Positions 23,518-35,117 of a DNA stretch of 64,000 nt are shown piece by piece. The notes under the pieces were generated by a model, which had not been told where the DNA came from, made no database searches, and saw only the letters and a list, made by a program, of their open reading frames with translations. This DNA comes from Felis catus. Taxonomy: Eukaryota. The translations under genes and the position numbers were made by a program. Each line of letters begins with the position of its first letter. Within the stretch, counting starts at the first letter, position 1. Where the stretch lies: NCBI RefSeq assembly GCF_018350175.1, contig NC_058383.1, positions 27,592,001 through 27,656,000 on the forward strand, given 5' to 3'.

Positions 23518-24310
23518 CCCTTTTTATTTTTCACACGTGAAATCTTTTATTATTAAAGAAAACATGAATTAAGAAAAAAAAAGACATGCCCCATAGGCCT
23601 TCATACAATGGAAGATACTGGCTCAGAAGACCTCAGAAACGTGTGAGTCAACTTATGTATGTGTCTCCTTATAGTTTCTCAAATCATGGGACACATTTGC
23701 CAGTTACTTTACTTCGAAGAACAAGGTACTTCAGTGAGAAAACACATTATCTTGAAAAGGCTTCACTCAACGCTAGCTTTAGCTATTTCCTGAGGTCCCA
23801 TGATAGCATCAGTAAACAAGGAAGCAGGTAAATTTAACACACATTTAGTAATTACTCCTGCGAGTATGGCCTTCCTTCCTAGTTGCAAGCGTGGGTTACC
23901 GTTACAAATTGAACCCGTAAAGCCACTTAACACAAAACAGACTAAGAGCTCGGATCGTGCAGCCAGCGGACATACAGAGACAAATATTTTTCAAACACCA
24001 AAACTGCTCATGCTTTTCTTATCACAGAAGTCAAGATAGTGCTAACTTCAGTGAGGAGAAATGAGTTTTGATCTTCTGAGTGCCTGGAAATACTGATCCC
24101 ATGTTTCTGTCTGGGTGGCTATGACAAAAGCGTTCAATGTATAATTATCCACTGAACCATTTGCATGCTTTACGCGTATCTCTCTATTTTGTTATGTTTT
24201 CATGATAAAGGAAGAGGTAACCTAAATTTGCGTAAAGTAGGACTGGGGGCTTGGAATACAATTTTTAGTTACAGTATCACATGCGAACTCAAAAAGCTGC
24301 TGTCTCTCCA

Positions 24311-24510
24311 GGGCGCCTGGGTGGCTCAGTCAATTAAGTATCCAACTCTTGATTTTGGCTCAGGTCATGATCCTACAGTTCCTGAGATTGAGCCCCATGT
24401 CGGGCTCTGCGTTAACAGTGTGGAGCCTGCTTGGGATCTTCTCTCCCCTTCATTCTCTACCCCTCCCTGGCTCTCTCTCCCAAAATAAATAAATAAACTT
24501 AAAAAAAATA
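24311..24510 (+). mobile_element. CanSINE
   Basis: gggcgcctgggtggctcagtcaattaagtatccaactcttgattttggctcagg...aaataaataaataaactt. Confidence 0.95.
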
Positions 24511-26334
24511 GTATTTATATAGCTGCTAATACTTTGGAAGGAGGCAAAGCTGGCATGCTGGGAAAAACCGAAATCACTGAGAACCGGCTCTGGTCATACC
24601 ACAGGAAGTCACGTAAGCAATGCACGTGAACGTTTCAGTGAAAGTCTTTCCAGAGATATTGAGTGAACAAGAAGCCTCATTTCCAAATTATAATCCTGTG
24701 TAATTTAAAGTATGTATGTGACAAAACAATAAAGTTATTATTCTTAAAAGAGGTGGATGTGAGATGATATAATCTATACCCCACAGCTGTAAACTTTCTA
24801 ATTTGGCTAACAATTCTGGAAAGGTGAGAATCTTCTCGTGGAGAAAATGCAATCGCCATGTATTTGGGGGCCTTCTGGCATATAGGTATATGCAATTTTT
24901 CATGACTGAAAAAGCTGCAGCTAAGGATCTTTCTTCCTCTCGTAGAAGGTGTATCTCGCAGACTTGTCAAAAGTTGTATCTGCAAAGAGCTTTACAAACC
25001 ATCCAGGTTCCCATTCTCTCAAATGGAGCAAAGGAAGGAGGGAGAGTTTGATCTCCCTGAAGGAAAGATTACCCCCCAAAGACTCGGAGATAAAGAAAAA
25101 TAATAGAGTTGTCAAAAAGATTTCACTCTCCCCGTGGTCTTGATAGATATTTGTCAACTCGTATCACAGTGGCTTGTCGTTCTAATGCTGTGCTCTTACC
25201 TGAAAAACAAGACACTAGCAGCACTACAGCACGAAAGCAATAATTAGATAGAATCTGCACATTCCTAAATCATGACGCAAGAGGGGACCACGACAGGACA
25301 AAACAGGGTTGAACAGGAAAGGTGTACTATTTGATGAGGAAATACGTATTGTGGGTCACTGTGGAATCATTTCGGAATACTGAGGTGGGGATAGAGACAA
25401 GTGGTAAGTGAATTTACCTTACGGAAAATGAAAACTTAAAAAATATACTCATAATTCATGCAGGCACTCTAGCCAAAGAGCTTTAAGCCTTGGTACAGAT
25501 ATAAACCCTCTTATTTCATATAAAGCCTTCAGAGACCAACAAGGGCAACAAAAGCCCACGGTCAAGTTCATGTAATGACTTTTAGAGAGGTGTACTTATT
25601 TGATAGTTAAAACAAACAAACAAACAAACAAACATAAATTGAGCATCCTGATAGTATATTTGCATAGCCTGTTCTCAAACTGCCCTTCAGTGATATCCAG
25701 AGAAAAGTTCCTTCTGATATTACTTGATGGCATTGGCACGGTCCTGTAGGACATGCAGTCACAAGGTGTGGAAGCGATGTGAGGTCTACCTGATGTACCC
25801 AGGAGGTTCGTAATTGTCAAAACTCTGTTTTACATGTTATCAGTGTGCTTAGAACTTTCTTAAAACCATGGTCACACAAGAGATACAAAAAACTATGTGT
25901 GACCCAGATATTAGGATATTAGGAGGGTTGCTTGAAGATAAGTAGTTTGGGGTTCAAGAAGTCAAAAGACTAGATGCATAGGGAGCAGGCCATATATATA
26001 TGGAACTATACGTACAGTAAATAAGTATTTGTTAAATGGATAAAGAGCACTAAATGCAGGCTAGGAGTAGACCAGCCAGGTTCAGAAATACACACACCAA
26101 TCCAAGTATGCAAAAACTCAACTGATTTCTTGGGAATGGAAAATTCAAGTGGTCTGTCCAGTCACTCCAGAGAAGGGTAGACAGAAGCCCAGTTCAGCCA
26201 GGAACACTGATACAATTAGGCCATGACTAGGACTAGGAGACAGACTTTTAAAATATGATCACTTCACTCCTGCATTAAAACCAAAGCATTTTCCCACTTT
26301 TCTTACGAGAAAGTCCCAATCCTCACTATGACCT

Positions 26335-26800
26335 TTGTTGGTCAGCTCCTTCTAGAATCAGATCTTGAGCCCAGGATTCTAGAGTATGTGACTCATTAAG
26401 GAAGTGCTTCCAAGAGACTGGAGACAAGGCTGAAGAAGGATGAGGAGATAAGGAACAGTGATACTTCAGGTTATGTCCCATCCCCAGCCCAACCGTGCAC
26501 GGAGCTGTGGGCATAAACGCGCCTCAGTTTGCTGTGTATCAAGACAAAGAGACTAAGGGCCTGTGTTCCTCACCACTCAGTCACTGACCAGAGGCCACCC
26601 ATGGGATGCAAGCTGTTCCCAGTACTGAGGTGGTTCCAGTAGGCCAAGGGCAATCTTCTAAAGAAAGCCACAAATGGTAGCCACTAGCAGCAAAGCACAG
26701 AGAGGCTGTGGGGGGGCGGGGGGGGGGAGTGTGCGTGGAAAAAGAGTACAAGGGATGGGCGAGACTGTACGAAAGACAAAATATAAGTCTGCTAAAATAG
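26335..26800. mobile_element. Old ERVL-type solo LTR (LTR16/LTR33-like)
   Basis: ctagaatcagatcttgagcccaggattctagagtatgtgactcattaaggaagtgcttcc resembles the recalled ends of these LTR families. Confidence 0.45.
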
Positions 26801-26858
26801 GGATCTACAAAGCCAGCACAACCTAGCTCTCTGCGTCCTTATCTTCCCCCAAACTCTC

Positions 26859-27258
26859 TGGATTAGTCAGGATTCTCCAGAAAATCAGATCCAATATAAA
26901 GAGATTTATCATAAGAAACCAGCTCATGGGATTATGGCGGCTGAGAAGTCCCACAGTCTTCCATCTGTAAGTGGAGGCCTGGAGAGCTGGTCGCGCCGTT
27001 CTAGCCTGAGTGCAAGAGAAGTCCAACATCCGAGCAGAGAGTGCAAACTCTCCCTTACTCCCCCTTTTTGTTCTATTCAGATTTCCAAGAGACTGGAAGA
27101 GGCTCACCCACACTGAGGAAGGCAATCCACTCAGTCTACCAATCCAAATGCTAATCTCCTCCAGAAACACCATCACAGACACACCCAGAATAACGTGTAG
27201 CCAAACATCTGGGCATCCCCGGGCTCAGTCAAGTCAACATGTAAAATCAACCGTCACA
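26859..27258 (-). mobile_element. MLT2 (ERVL) solo LTR, MLT2D-like
   Basis: tggattagtcaggattctccagaaa...gctaatctcctccagaaacaccatcacagacacacccagaataa...gtcaagtcaacatgtaaaatcaaccgtcaca. Confidence 0.85.
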
Positions 27259-27538
27259 TGCCCCTGGTCTCCGTGCACGCACCACGGGCCCAGTACACGG
27301 TGTATGAACGTGAGCTCAAGCTGGCCCAACAATAAGGGAGGTGACGCTGGCCAGGCAAGATGCTGAGTTCTGAAAGTGGTACCAGAGAAAGGATTACAAT
27401 GACCTCACTCCAAAAAGAAGTTAGTGGTTTTTAGTCTTTTTTTTTTCCCAATGAGTGTCGTCTTTTCACGCACAGACTAGTTTTTCATTCCACTGAGATC
27501 CAGAAGCCAAAGGAAACGACTGTGGCCTTTACTCTACA

Positions 27539-27765
27539 ACATGCTTTCTCAAAGGAGACTATATCCTCCCCAATGGGGTGAAAATTGGCTCTTCAGGGAG
27601 AAGTCAAAACAATCTTATGCTTTTTATGTATATAGCACAGATACACATAATAGTGCATAAACAGATACACAGTGTATCTATGGTGTTAAAATTTCACGGG
27701 GAAATAGGGAAAAAAATGTCTAAAATGGCTTAGCAATAGAATTTTTAAAAAGGTTGAGAAACATA
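27539..27765. mobile_element. MER106-like hAT-Charlie element
   Basis: ggggtgaaaattggctctt...ataaacagatacacagtgtatctatggtgttaaaatttca...aaaaaggttgagaaaca. Confidence 0.6.
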
Positions 27766-27967
27766 GTTCTAAAACCATAAATATCTAAAGCTGGAAGGGA
27801 GCACCTCTTTCTTTGAATATCTTACAAAAGGCACCTCAAAGACCCAGATGTTCAGAACTGCCAAGGTCACAAAGGGGGTTAGTGAACAAGCCTGGCATAG
27901 ACCATGAATTGTTCTGTCTTAGACCAATGTATGTTCCACTTTTTTATGCAAAAATAAATACATCCTT

Positions 27968-28187
27968 GGGGCGCCTGGGTGGCTCAGTCATTAAGTATCT
28001 GACTTTGGCTCAGGTCATGATCTCACGCTTCATGGGTTCGAGCTCCACGTCGGGCTCTCTGCTGTCAGCTCAGAGCCTGGAGCCTGCTTCAGAGTTATGT
28101 CTCCCTCTCTGTGGCCCTCCCCTACTCATGCTCTCTCTCCCTCTCTCTCTCTTTAACGTTTAAGTAAACATTAAAAAGATTTTTTAA
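27968..28187 (+). mobile_element. CanSINE
   Basis: ggggcgcctgggtggctcagtcattaagtatctgactttggctcagg, CT tract, tail. Confidence 0.95.
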
Positions 28188-29161
28188 ACTATATGTATAA
28201 ATATAAATATATAAATATACATATCTCCACAAGCAAGGCCCAAGCCTCCCACATCTCCTTCACTCACATTCCCCACTGAGGAATACTTCCACTATGGAAG
28301 TATTCCAATGGCCTACATGATGTAATTATGCAACCCTGGGGTCCTTAGGAAGAGGTGTATTGTCTGAGTGCTGTGACCATGGGCAGATGGAGAAGAAAGA
28401 ACACAGAGAGTCAGGACAGAAGTGTTTTGGGGAGCAGGGGAGATGCGGAGCTTGGAGAAGCCATGAGAATAAATGTGGCACATTTTTTTCGACCCCCATT
28501 CATCCTTTATGTCTAAAGTTGGACTCTTTCTACTGCCTCTTAAAATCCATCTGCAAAGCTGAAGAGATATGATGGACAAAATGAAAACAGAAAAAAAAAA
28601 ATCAAATCCAGTGGAGGATATTAAGGTTTCTGTTACCGTCCGACAACTCAGGGACATCAGACTCACTTAGGGGGCTGCCAGCTTGGCCATTTTCCCTGGG
28701 GTCTGCTTCATACATTCATTAGACAGTCGTGTGTTGAGCACCTACTACATGGGAGGCATTTTTCTAGGTACTGGAGTTGGCAGTGGGGAAGGCGCTGACA
28801 TACAGTGATGAAAACCAGATTTAGCTCTAAATCCAGGCAAATTTGAAATTTCATAAAGAAGCTAAGTACCGAGGACAGGTACAGGAACCTACATTTTCAT
28901 AACATTACCCTCCCTTCCACACTGGCACGTGATGAGCCTAAATCCTGACTACGAGGGAGGCAAATGGGCTATAGGGCTAGGTCACACACCAAGTTCCGCT
29001 CTCCTCTGGCAGGCTTCTTAATCCGTGTTTAAGGGCAGTCAGGACAAAATGAAATTATGGGCATAAAAAAGGAAAATGCAAACAAACAAACAAACAAACA
29101 GAAGTTTTAATTGGCTTTACTCTGATCTCCCCGCTGCGATTGTATCACTGAGTTGGCAGTT

Positions 29162-29213
29162 TGTCACGTGCGGTTGCTAGGCAACCGTGCACGGTGGTAA
29201 GGCCGACGTGACA
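29162..29213. promoter_or_regulatory. RFX X-box with flanking E-box/CRE-like motifs; candidate promoter
   Basis: GTTGCTAGGCAAC at 29173-29185 (palindrome extends to CGGTTGC-TAG-GCAACCG 29171-29187); GTCACGTG at 29163-29170; inverted pair TGTCACGT 29162-29169 / ACGTGACA 29206-29213; local CpG cluster in non-repeat DNA. Confidence 0.7.
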
Positions 29214-29559
29214 GCCGCCTTTTCCCTCTTGTGGGTGTGAGTCTCCTGGCGTCTGATGCTGAAGTCTGGCTCTTAACCAACCCTCCAGAGGGGTCTGGGC
29301 TGCCCCCTGAAGCCTCGTAAATAAGCCACTGACTCACTGCTCAAAGGGGCCTCCTGCTCAAGTTCCTGATAAAACTTCAATCCTTATTCAATCACTTGGT
29401 GCTCAGACTGTGACTTTGCGGAAGAGACCCCAGTGATCCCAGACAGGCCTTCCGAGCCCCTCAGAAGGTACATCAGCAGAGCAGGTGTGACAGCCCAACG
29501 GGAGAAGCAGAATGCCACACGCTGGGGGAGCCTCACTCTGAGGTCGCCTTTGAGATTTC

Positions 29560-29800
29560 TGCTGCTGGAGCCCACAGAGTATGGGCTGTGCAGACAGAGC
29601 TGGGACTGGCTGCCACATACAAGCCATGTGCCACTTCAGGCACATCACTCAGCCCCTCTGTGCCTCTGTTTCCTCATCTCCAAAGGGGTGGTAACACTGC
29701 ACGCATCCCGGGGTCATGTTGAGCACTCCTGGGGCCAGTATATGTAAAATGTTCAGCATCGTGCCAGGTGCACAGTGAGTGTCCCCCAAGTTTTAGCGAT
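29560..29800 (+). mobile_element. MIR SINE
   Basis: cccctctgtgcctctgtttcctcatctccaaagggg...tatgtaaaatgttcagcatcgtgccaggtgcacagtgagtg. Confidence 0.75.
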
Positions 29801-30179
29801 TGTTCTACAGGCTTCTGTGAAGAACTCTGAGGCGTCCCTAGAGGCCTGGGGCCAGAACGGAAGTTAGCAGTCTCCTCATTCCTTTAGTAAGGAACCTGAG
29901 ACTCGAAGAATCAGAGTGATGTCCCTGAAGCCACACGGCTGGGACTGAAACTAGGAACTCCGTTGCCACCACGAAACATTACCAGGATGGGAGACAAAAA
30001 GAGCCTTCAGGTACTGAATGCATCTCGAAGGCAAACGATACCAACAACTGTACTGGGTAATCAAAGCAACACTCAGGAGACACAGCAACCCAGAAAACTC
30101 TGAACAAGCACCATGTGCTTCAGGCAGGGTCAGTGTGCTATGGAAGATATCTGGGTATCTCCCTGATGGCTGACAGAAT

Positions 30180-30670
30180 GCCCTGTCACCTTCTGAAGAA
30201 AGTCCATCCTCCTTACTATGGCATCCAAGACTTTTTTCTTGACCTAACTACTGCTCCCACTTTAATCCATTTCTTTCCCTCACCCCCAGCCATCCTTCTG
30301 CTGGTCCTAAAACGTGCCAGAAAAGCTCCCGCCTCAGAACCTTTGCACAAGGCTTTGCTGGGAACGCAGACATCCACAGGCTCTCTCCTTCATTTTCTTC
30401 AGGTCATCGTTCAGGGAGTATCTTCACTGAGGACTTTCTTAATTCTCCTACGTTAAACATGTAAACTCTCTCTTTGTCCTGCTTATAGTGCTCATCACCA
30501 CCTGACACATGACGTATGTGTTTGTTTGCTATCTAGATCCAGTCCCCACCACTACACTGTAAGCGCCACAGGGGCACCAATTACTCTCCTCGGTTCACTG
30601 CTATATTCCCAGCACCTACCACTGTGCCTGGGAATATCAAATGCTCAACAGACACTTCTGGAATAAATGA
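30180..30670 (+). mobile_element. L2 LINE 3' portion
   Basis: cactacactgtaagcgccacaggggcacc...gttcactgctatattcccagcacctaccactgtgcctgg...tgctcaacagacacttctggaataaatga. Confidence 0.75.
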
Positions 30671-31174
30671 TAGCTCTGCCCTCTTGTATGTGAGGTCTCC
30701 TCTCCCCTTCCCTTCCCCACTTCTGCCTTCCTGATTCCTACTTTCCCTTCATGAGATAGCAACAAGCATCGTCTCCTTTTAGAAACCTGTCTTCACCTCT
30801 TCAAATACGGGCCTTGCCGTGTGGGTTCATACAGTCCTGCACAATAGCCACCAAACTGTATCACTATTATCTGTTTACCTGGTGTCCCACTGAAAGTACA
30901 GGAACAATGGAATAAAGGGGGGGCTTTCTTTGACCAGCTGCTCTGAGACCAAGCCCCTGTGAGACGCTGCCCCACGTTCCAGTCCCAACGCCTCATACTA
31001 CCTTCCCCTCCAGACCGAGTCACTTGAGCGAAGGACCAGCAGGTAATTTGTCTTGGTATTCCCAGAATATGTATATGTGCAGTTCCTGGCACAGTATAGT
31101 GCACAAAACTGTTGCTCAAATAGTAATAGCCAACATTTACTAAAGCACTTACTCCCAGCCACAAATCAGCTTAT

Positions 31175-31392
31175 TAGGGTTTCTCAACCTTGGCACTCTT
31201 GATATTTAGGGCAGGATGATTCTTTGTTGTGTGTAAGGGCTGGCTATCCTGTGCACTGCAGACTATTTACCAGCGTCCCTGGCCTCTATCCATATGCCAA
31301 TATCCCGCACCCCAGTTGTGACAACCAGAATGTCTGTAGACATTACCAAATGTCCACTGGGAGGCAAACTTGCCCCCTTTTGAGATCCACTG
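31175..31392 (+). mobile_element. MER20 hAT-Charlie element inserted in a MIR
   Basis: agggtttctcaaccttggcactcttgatatttagggcaggatgattctttgttg...gttgtgacaaccagaatgtctgtagacattaccaaatgtcc...tgagatccactg. Confidence 0.9.
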
Positions 31393-31394
31393 GT

Positions 31395-31850
31395 CTAAGT
31401 GCTTATTGTGAATTAATTAATTCAATCCTCACAGTGATAACCGTGAGGAGGTACTATTATTTAACTGTATTACAGAAGAACAAATTAAGGCCCAGAGAGG
31501 TGTGGCAACTCACTGAGAGTCACACAGCTGGGAATTAGCAGAATCAGAATATGAACCAGGCAGTCTGGCTCCCAAGCCTAGGCAGTTAACCACCTACGAG
31601 TTAAGGTTGGAGGGGAGGGGGTTGGGGAATGAGGATGGGAAGAGGGGACTAATATGTATTGTTTATTATAACCAGGCACTATTCTCAGCTCCTACATAAA
31701 TTATTTCATTTAACCCTATCTAGCCTGCGACACACTTATAGTTGTTTTTAGCATTGTGAAAGAAAGGAAATTGAGGCCCAGAAAGTACCCAGCTAGTTGG
31801 CGGCACAGCCACCAGAATTCAAACCCAGGAAGTCTGACCCTAAAGCTCCT
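31395..31850 (-). mobile_element. Two MIR SINE fragments
   Basis: attaaggcccagagaggtgtggcaactcactgagagtcacacagctg and ggaaattgaggcccagaaag...gaattcaaacccaggaagtctgac. Confidence 0.75.
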
Positions 31851-33059
31851 GGCGATAATGGGGGCGGGGGGAGGGGTGGAATTCCTACTCTGCTCCAAGT
31901 TTGTGCAAAGTCACACTGCCCTTCAACAGCTTCCCCTGCCAGGGAGGCCTTGGCACCGTCCCCATGTTCCCTCTAAAATAGTTTCACTGCTCCTCACATT
32001 CACCGTGCCCCACTCTCCAGGGCACTAAGACCCTCAGGTCTTGGAGCGCGCTTTCTTGTTCCAAAGCAGTCTCATGCAGAAAGCCAAAAGTGTGGGGAGA
32101 GTGCCAGAGGCTTCCCCAGGGCTGGGACTTCTTAAATGGGGGCAGCCTTTGTCTCCAACCAAACCAGTCTTAACAGAAGAGCATGAGGGGAGCCTGCTGG
32201 GGAGATCTTGGGGGTGTTTTCAGAATATTATGAGAGTCTCCTCTTACAAAAAAGACAGAGAGAGAGAGAGAGAGAAAGAAGCACTACAAGGCACCTTGTC
32301 CAATTTTCTTCCTTTGAGTAGTTATCAAAGCAGAGATAGTATGTTTCAGAGGCGTCTTCTGCTGTGATTGCCCCAGTGTTTAAAGTAATGATCAGATCAT
32401 TTTCCCCACAGCCATTTCATCCAATGAGCCCAAATAGGATTATTGAGAAATTGCAAGGTCTGGCAGGAAATACCTCTTCTGACCTTGGGTATTGTTAGTC
32501 AGGCTGACTCAGAGAAAATAAGATCCCCTTTCATTGTTAGAGATGACAGTTCTGCAGCCTCTCCTCCAAGTAGGGTGACCCCAAGGTGGCAGGGAAGAAC
32601 CACTCTGAGCGCATGATAATTGATCACCTGTGCACCCATACACAACTGCCCTCTATGCCCATGGGAAAGGGAGGTGCTGTGTGTGTGCAGGTATATATGT
32701 GACTGTTTCTGTGATTCTCCACAGTGAAGCAATGTTAGCTTTTCTCAAGCAATACTCTCAGCATCCCCAAGATGCAGGAAAATAAATTATAGTAGGGAGA
32801 ACATAATCGAATGTCCTTTAAATTTTTTTTCTTAAAAGCCCAGTTTGATAAGTAGATGAGAATAGGGAAGACCACATGAAAAAAAAAATGAGGGAAGATT
32901 TTCACTGCTACATATTGAAGTGTACGCTAAAGCTATAACAATTATAATGATAAATATGTGCATGCACGAATTGGCAAGAAGATCAATGAACCAAAATATA
33001 TAGCTCCAAAACAAATACATTTTCTCATGTTTTCTCTCTCTCTCTTCCCTTCTGCACCA

Positions 33060-33122
33060 CACACACAGACAGACAGACAGACAGACAGACACACACACAC
33101 ACACACACACACCTACACACAT
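33060..33122. repeat. (CAGA)n-(CA)n compound microsatellite
   Basis: Direct inspection. Confidence 0.95.
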
Positions 33123-33627
33123 ACATACATGTCATAAACCTGGCATTGCAAACCAGTTAAAAGATTTATCAGTATACACTGATAAAGTGAACTGAAAGCA
33201 CTCCAGGTATATCCAACAGAGAGGGACTTAATGCAGGGAATTGATTACATGTATATAGAAAACCCAGAAGAACAAAGAGGAGTATATCTTGTGTTGCCAA
33301 GAGATGAACACTACCTCTTCCAGGGCTGGAGAATTAAAATATAGAAGGTAGTATTATCAAGAGCCTGGGAGTCTACATTTTGGCTATTACTGTTGCAGCA
33401 AGCAGAAAAATAGCTTTTACATTTTCCTCACCTGTTAATCCATGTGACTGGCTCCCACTGGCAGAAACTAACACCAGCTGACAAAGAACTCTGGGAAATA
33501 TAGTTTTCAGCTCCCAGCTGTGGCAGGGTAGAATAGAACATATATAAGGACAGGTATGGGCTGAGAATCAAGAGACAATACCTGGCATGGAAGGGTTATT
33601 TGATAATGTTTTAAAAAGCAATTGGCA

Positions 33628-33879
33628 AGGCTCCTGGGTGCCTCAATCAGTTAAGCATCTAACTTTAGCTCAGGTCATGATCTCATGATTCATGAGTTTG
33701 AGCCCTGCGTTGGGTTCTGTGCTGACTGCTTAGAGCCTGGAGCCTGCTTCAGATTCTGTGTCTCCCTTTCTCTTTGCCCTTCACCTGCTCATGCGCTCGC
33801 TCTCTCTCTCTCTCACTCTCTCTCAGAAATAAACATTAAAAAATTTAAAAAAATAAGTAAACATTAAAAAAAAATTTTT
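33628..33879 (+). mobile_element. CanSINE
   Basis: Typical body; TSD aaagcaa(t/c)tgg 33615-33625 / 33880-33890. Confidence 0.93.
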
Positions 33880-34604
33880 AAAGCAACTGGTTAGAAACTT
33901 AACAAAAACAAACATGTTCATTTCTTGCTATAAAGCAAAATAAATTCCAAATGGTGTGGGTTAAATACATATATAAATGCTCAAAGACAGAAAAGGAAAG
34001 GAACAACAAACAGAAGAAAATAATGAAAAAAAAATCCACTTAAGGGTGACAGAGAACTTTCTAGGTATTGAAACAATGAAAGAGTCACAAAAGAAAAATA
34101 CTCATGTAGAATAAAACAATTTCTAATTGTGAAAGAAAGCGACATAATCTTAGAAATCAAATAATCTGGATACTGTACTTACAACATATGTTAAAATGAA
34201 GTTAAAACTTAACACATTATTACACATATTAACATGGATGAATATCAGTTTGGGGTGAAATAAGCCAGAGAAGGATATTTAGATTATTTGTTTCTTTATA
34301 AACTTTTTTTTATGAAGTTTTCCAAAACTTGTTTTTAGAGATGCATGAAAGTGTGGTAAAATTATAAGGAAAAATCAAAGAAATAATTACCACTAGTGTC
34401 AGAATTATAGTTACCTCAGAAGGAAGGAAAGAAAGACACATAGGAGGAATTCCCCGGAGACTTTTAAGGTATGGAAATGTTCTATTTCATGAGCTGGGCG
34501 GTGGAGAAATTAGTGTTTTATTGGATTATGATGATGATTTAAACCATACATACATATGATTCTGATTTATGTCACAATAAAAATGAAAAATTAAAAAACA
34601 GACA

Positions 34605-34822
34605 GGGGCACCTGGGTGGCTCAGTCGGTTAATAAGCATCCGACTTCAGCTCAGGTCATGATCTCATGGTTGATGGGTTTGAACCCCGCATAGGGCTCTG
34701 TACTGACAGCTCAGAGCCTGGAGGCTGCTTCAGATTCTATGTTTGTCTCTCTCTCTGCTCCTTCTCTGCTCATGGTCTGTCTGTCTCTGTGTCTCAAAAA
34801 TTAATAAACATTAAAAAAAAAG
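34605..34822 (+). mobile_element. CanSINE
   Basis: ggggcacctgggtggctcagtcgg head; TSD aaaaaacagac 34593-34603 / 34823-34833. Confidence 0.95.
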
Positions 34823-34899
34823 AAAAAACAGACCAAAAATTCAAAAACTGGTTAAAAATTTTAAAAAAAATTAAAAATGATATGAATATTTGACAACCC

Positions 34900-35117
34900 T
34901 TTTTTCTTTTTGTTTTGTTTTGTTTTGAGAGAGAGAAAGAGTGCACACAAGCAGAGTAAAGGGGCAGGCAGAGAGAGAAAGAGAGAGAGAGAACCTTAAG
35001 CAGGCTCCCTGCTCAGTGCAGAGCCTGACATGGGACTCTATCTCATGACTGCGAGATCATGACCTGAGCTGAAATCAAGAGCCCGATGTTCAACTGACTG
35101 AGTCACCCAGGTGCCCC
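34900..35117 (-). mobile_element. CanSINE
   Basis: Reverse SINE ending caactgactgagtcacccaggtgcccc. Confidence 0.93.

Larger units (their letters stand above)
16240..28715 (-). pseudogene. Candidate degenerate multi-exon gene (unitary pseudogene), product unknown
   Basis: Minus-strand exon-like blocks in non-repeat DNA: 28715-28667, 28558-?, 25526-25418, 25199-24780, 24695-24600, 23925-~23710, 17841-~17770, 17410-~16240. Most have AG acceptors and several have GT donors. Translations look protein-like but contain in-frame stops and frameshifts. X-box lies upstream and AATAAA at 16263-16258. No homology search was possible. Confidence 0.45.

Noticed and set aside
24780..25199. P-loop (GKST) or hAT transposase reading in an alternative frame
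   Set aside because: The frame GKSTALERQ...SLAAAFSVMKN has three stops, no full Walker A context, no terminal inverted repeats, and does not join the next block in phase
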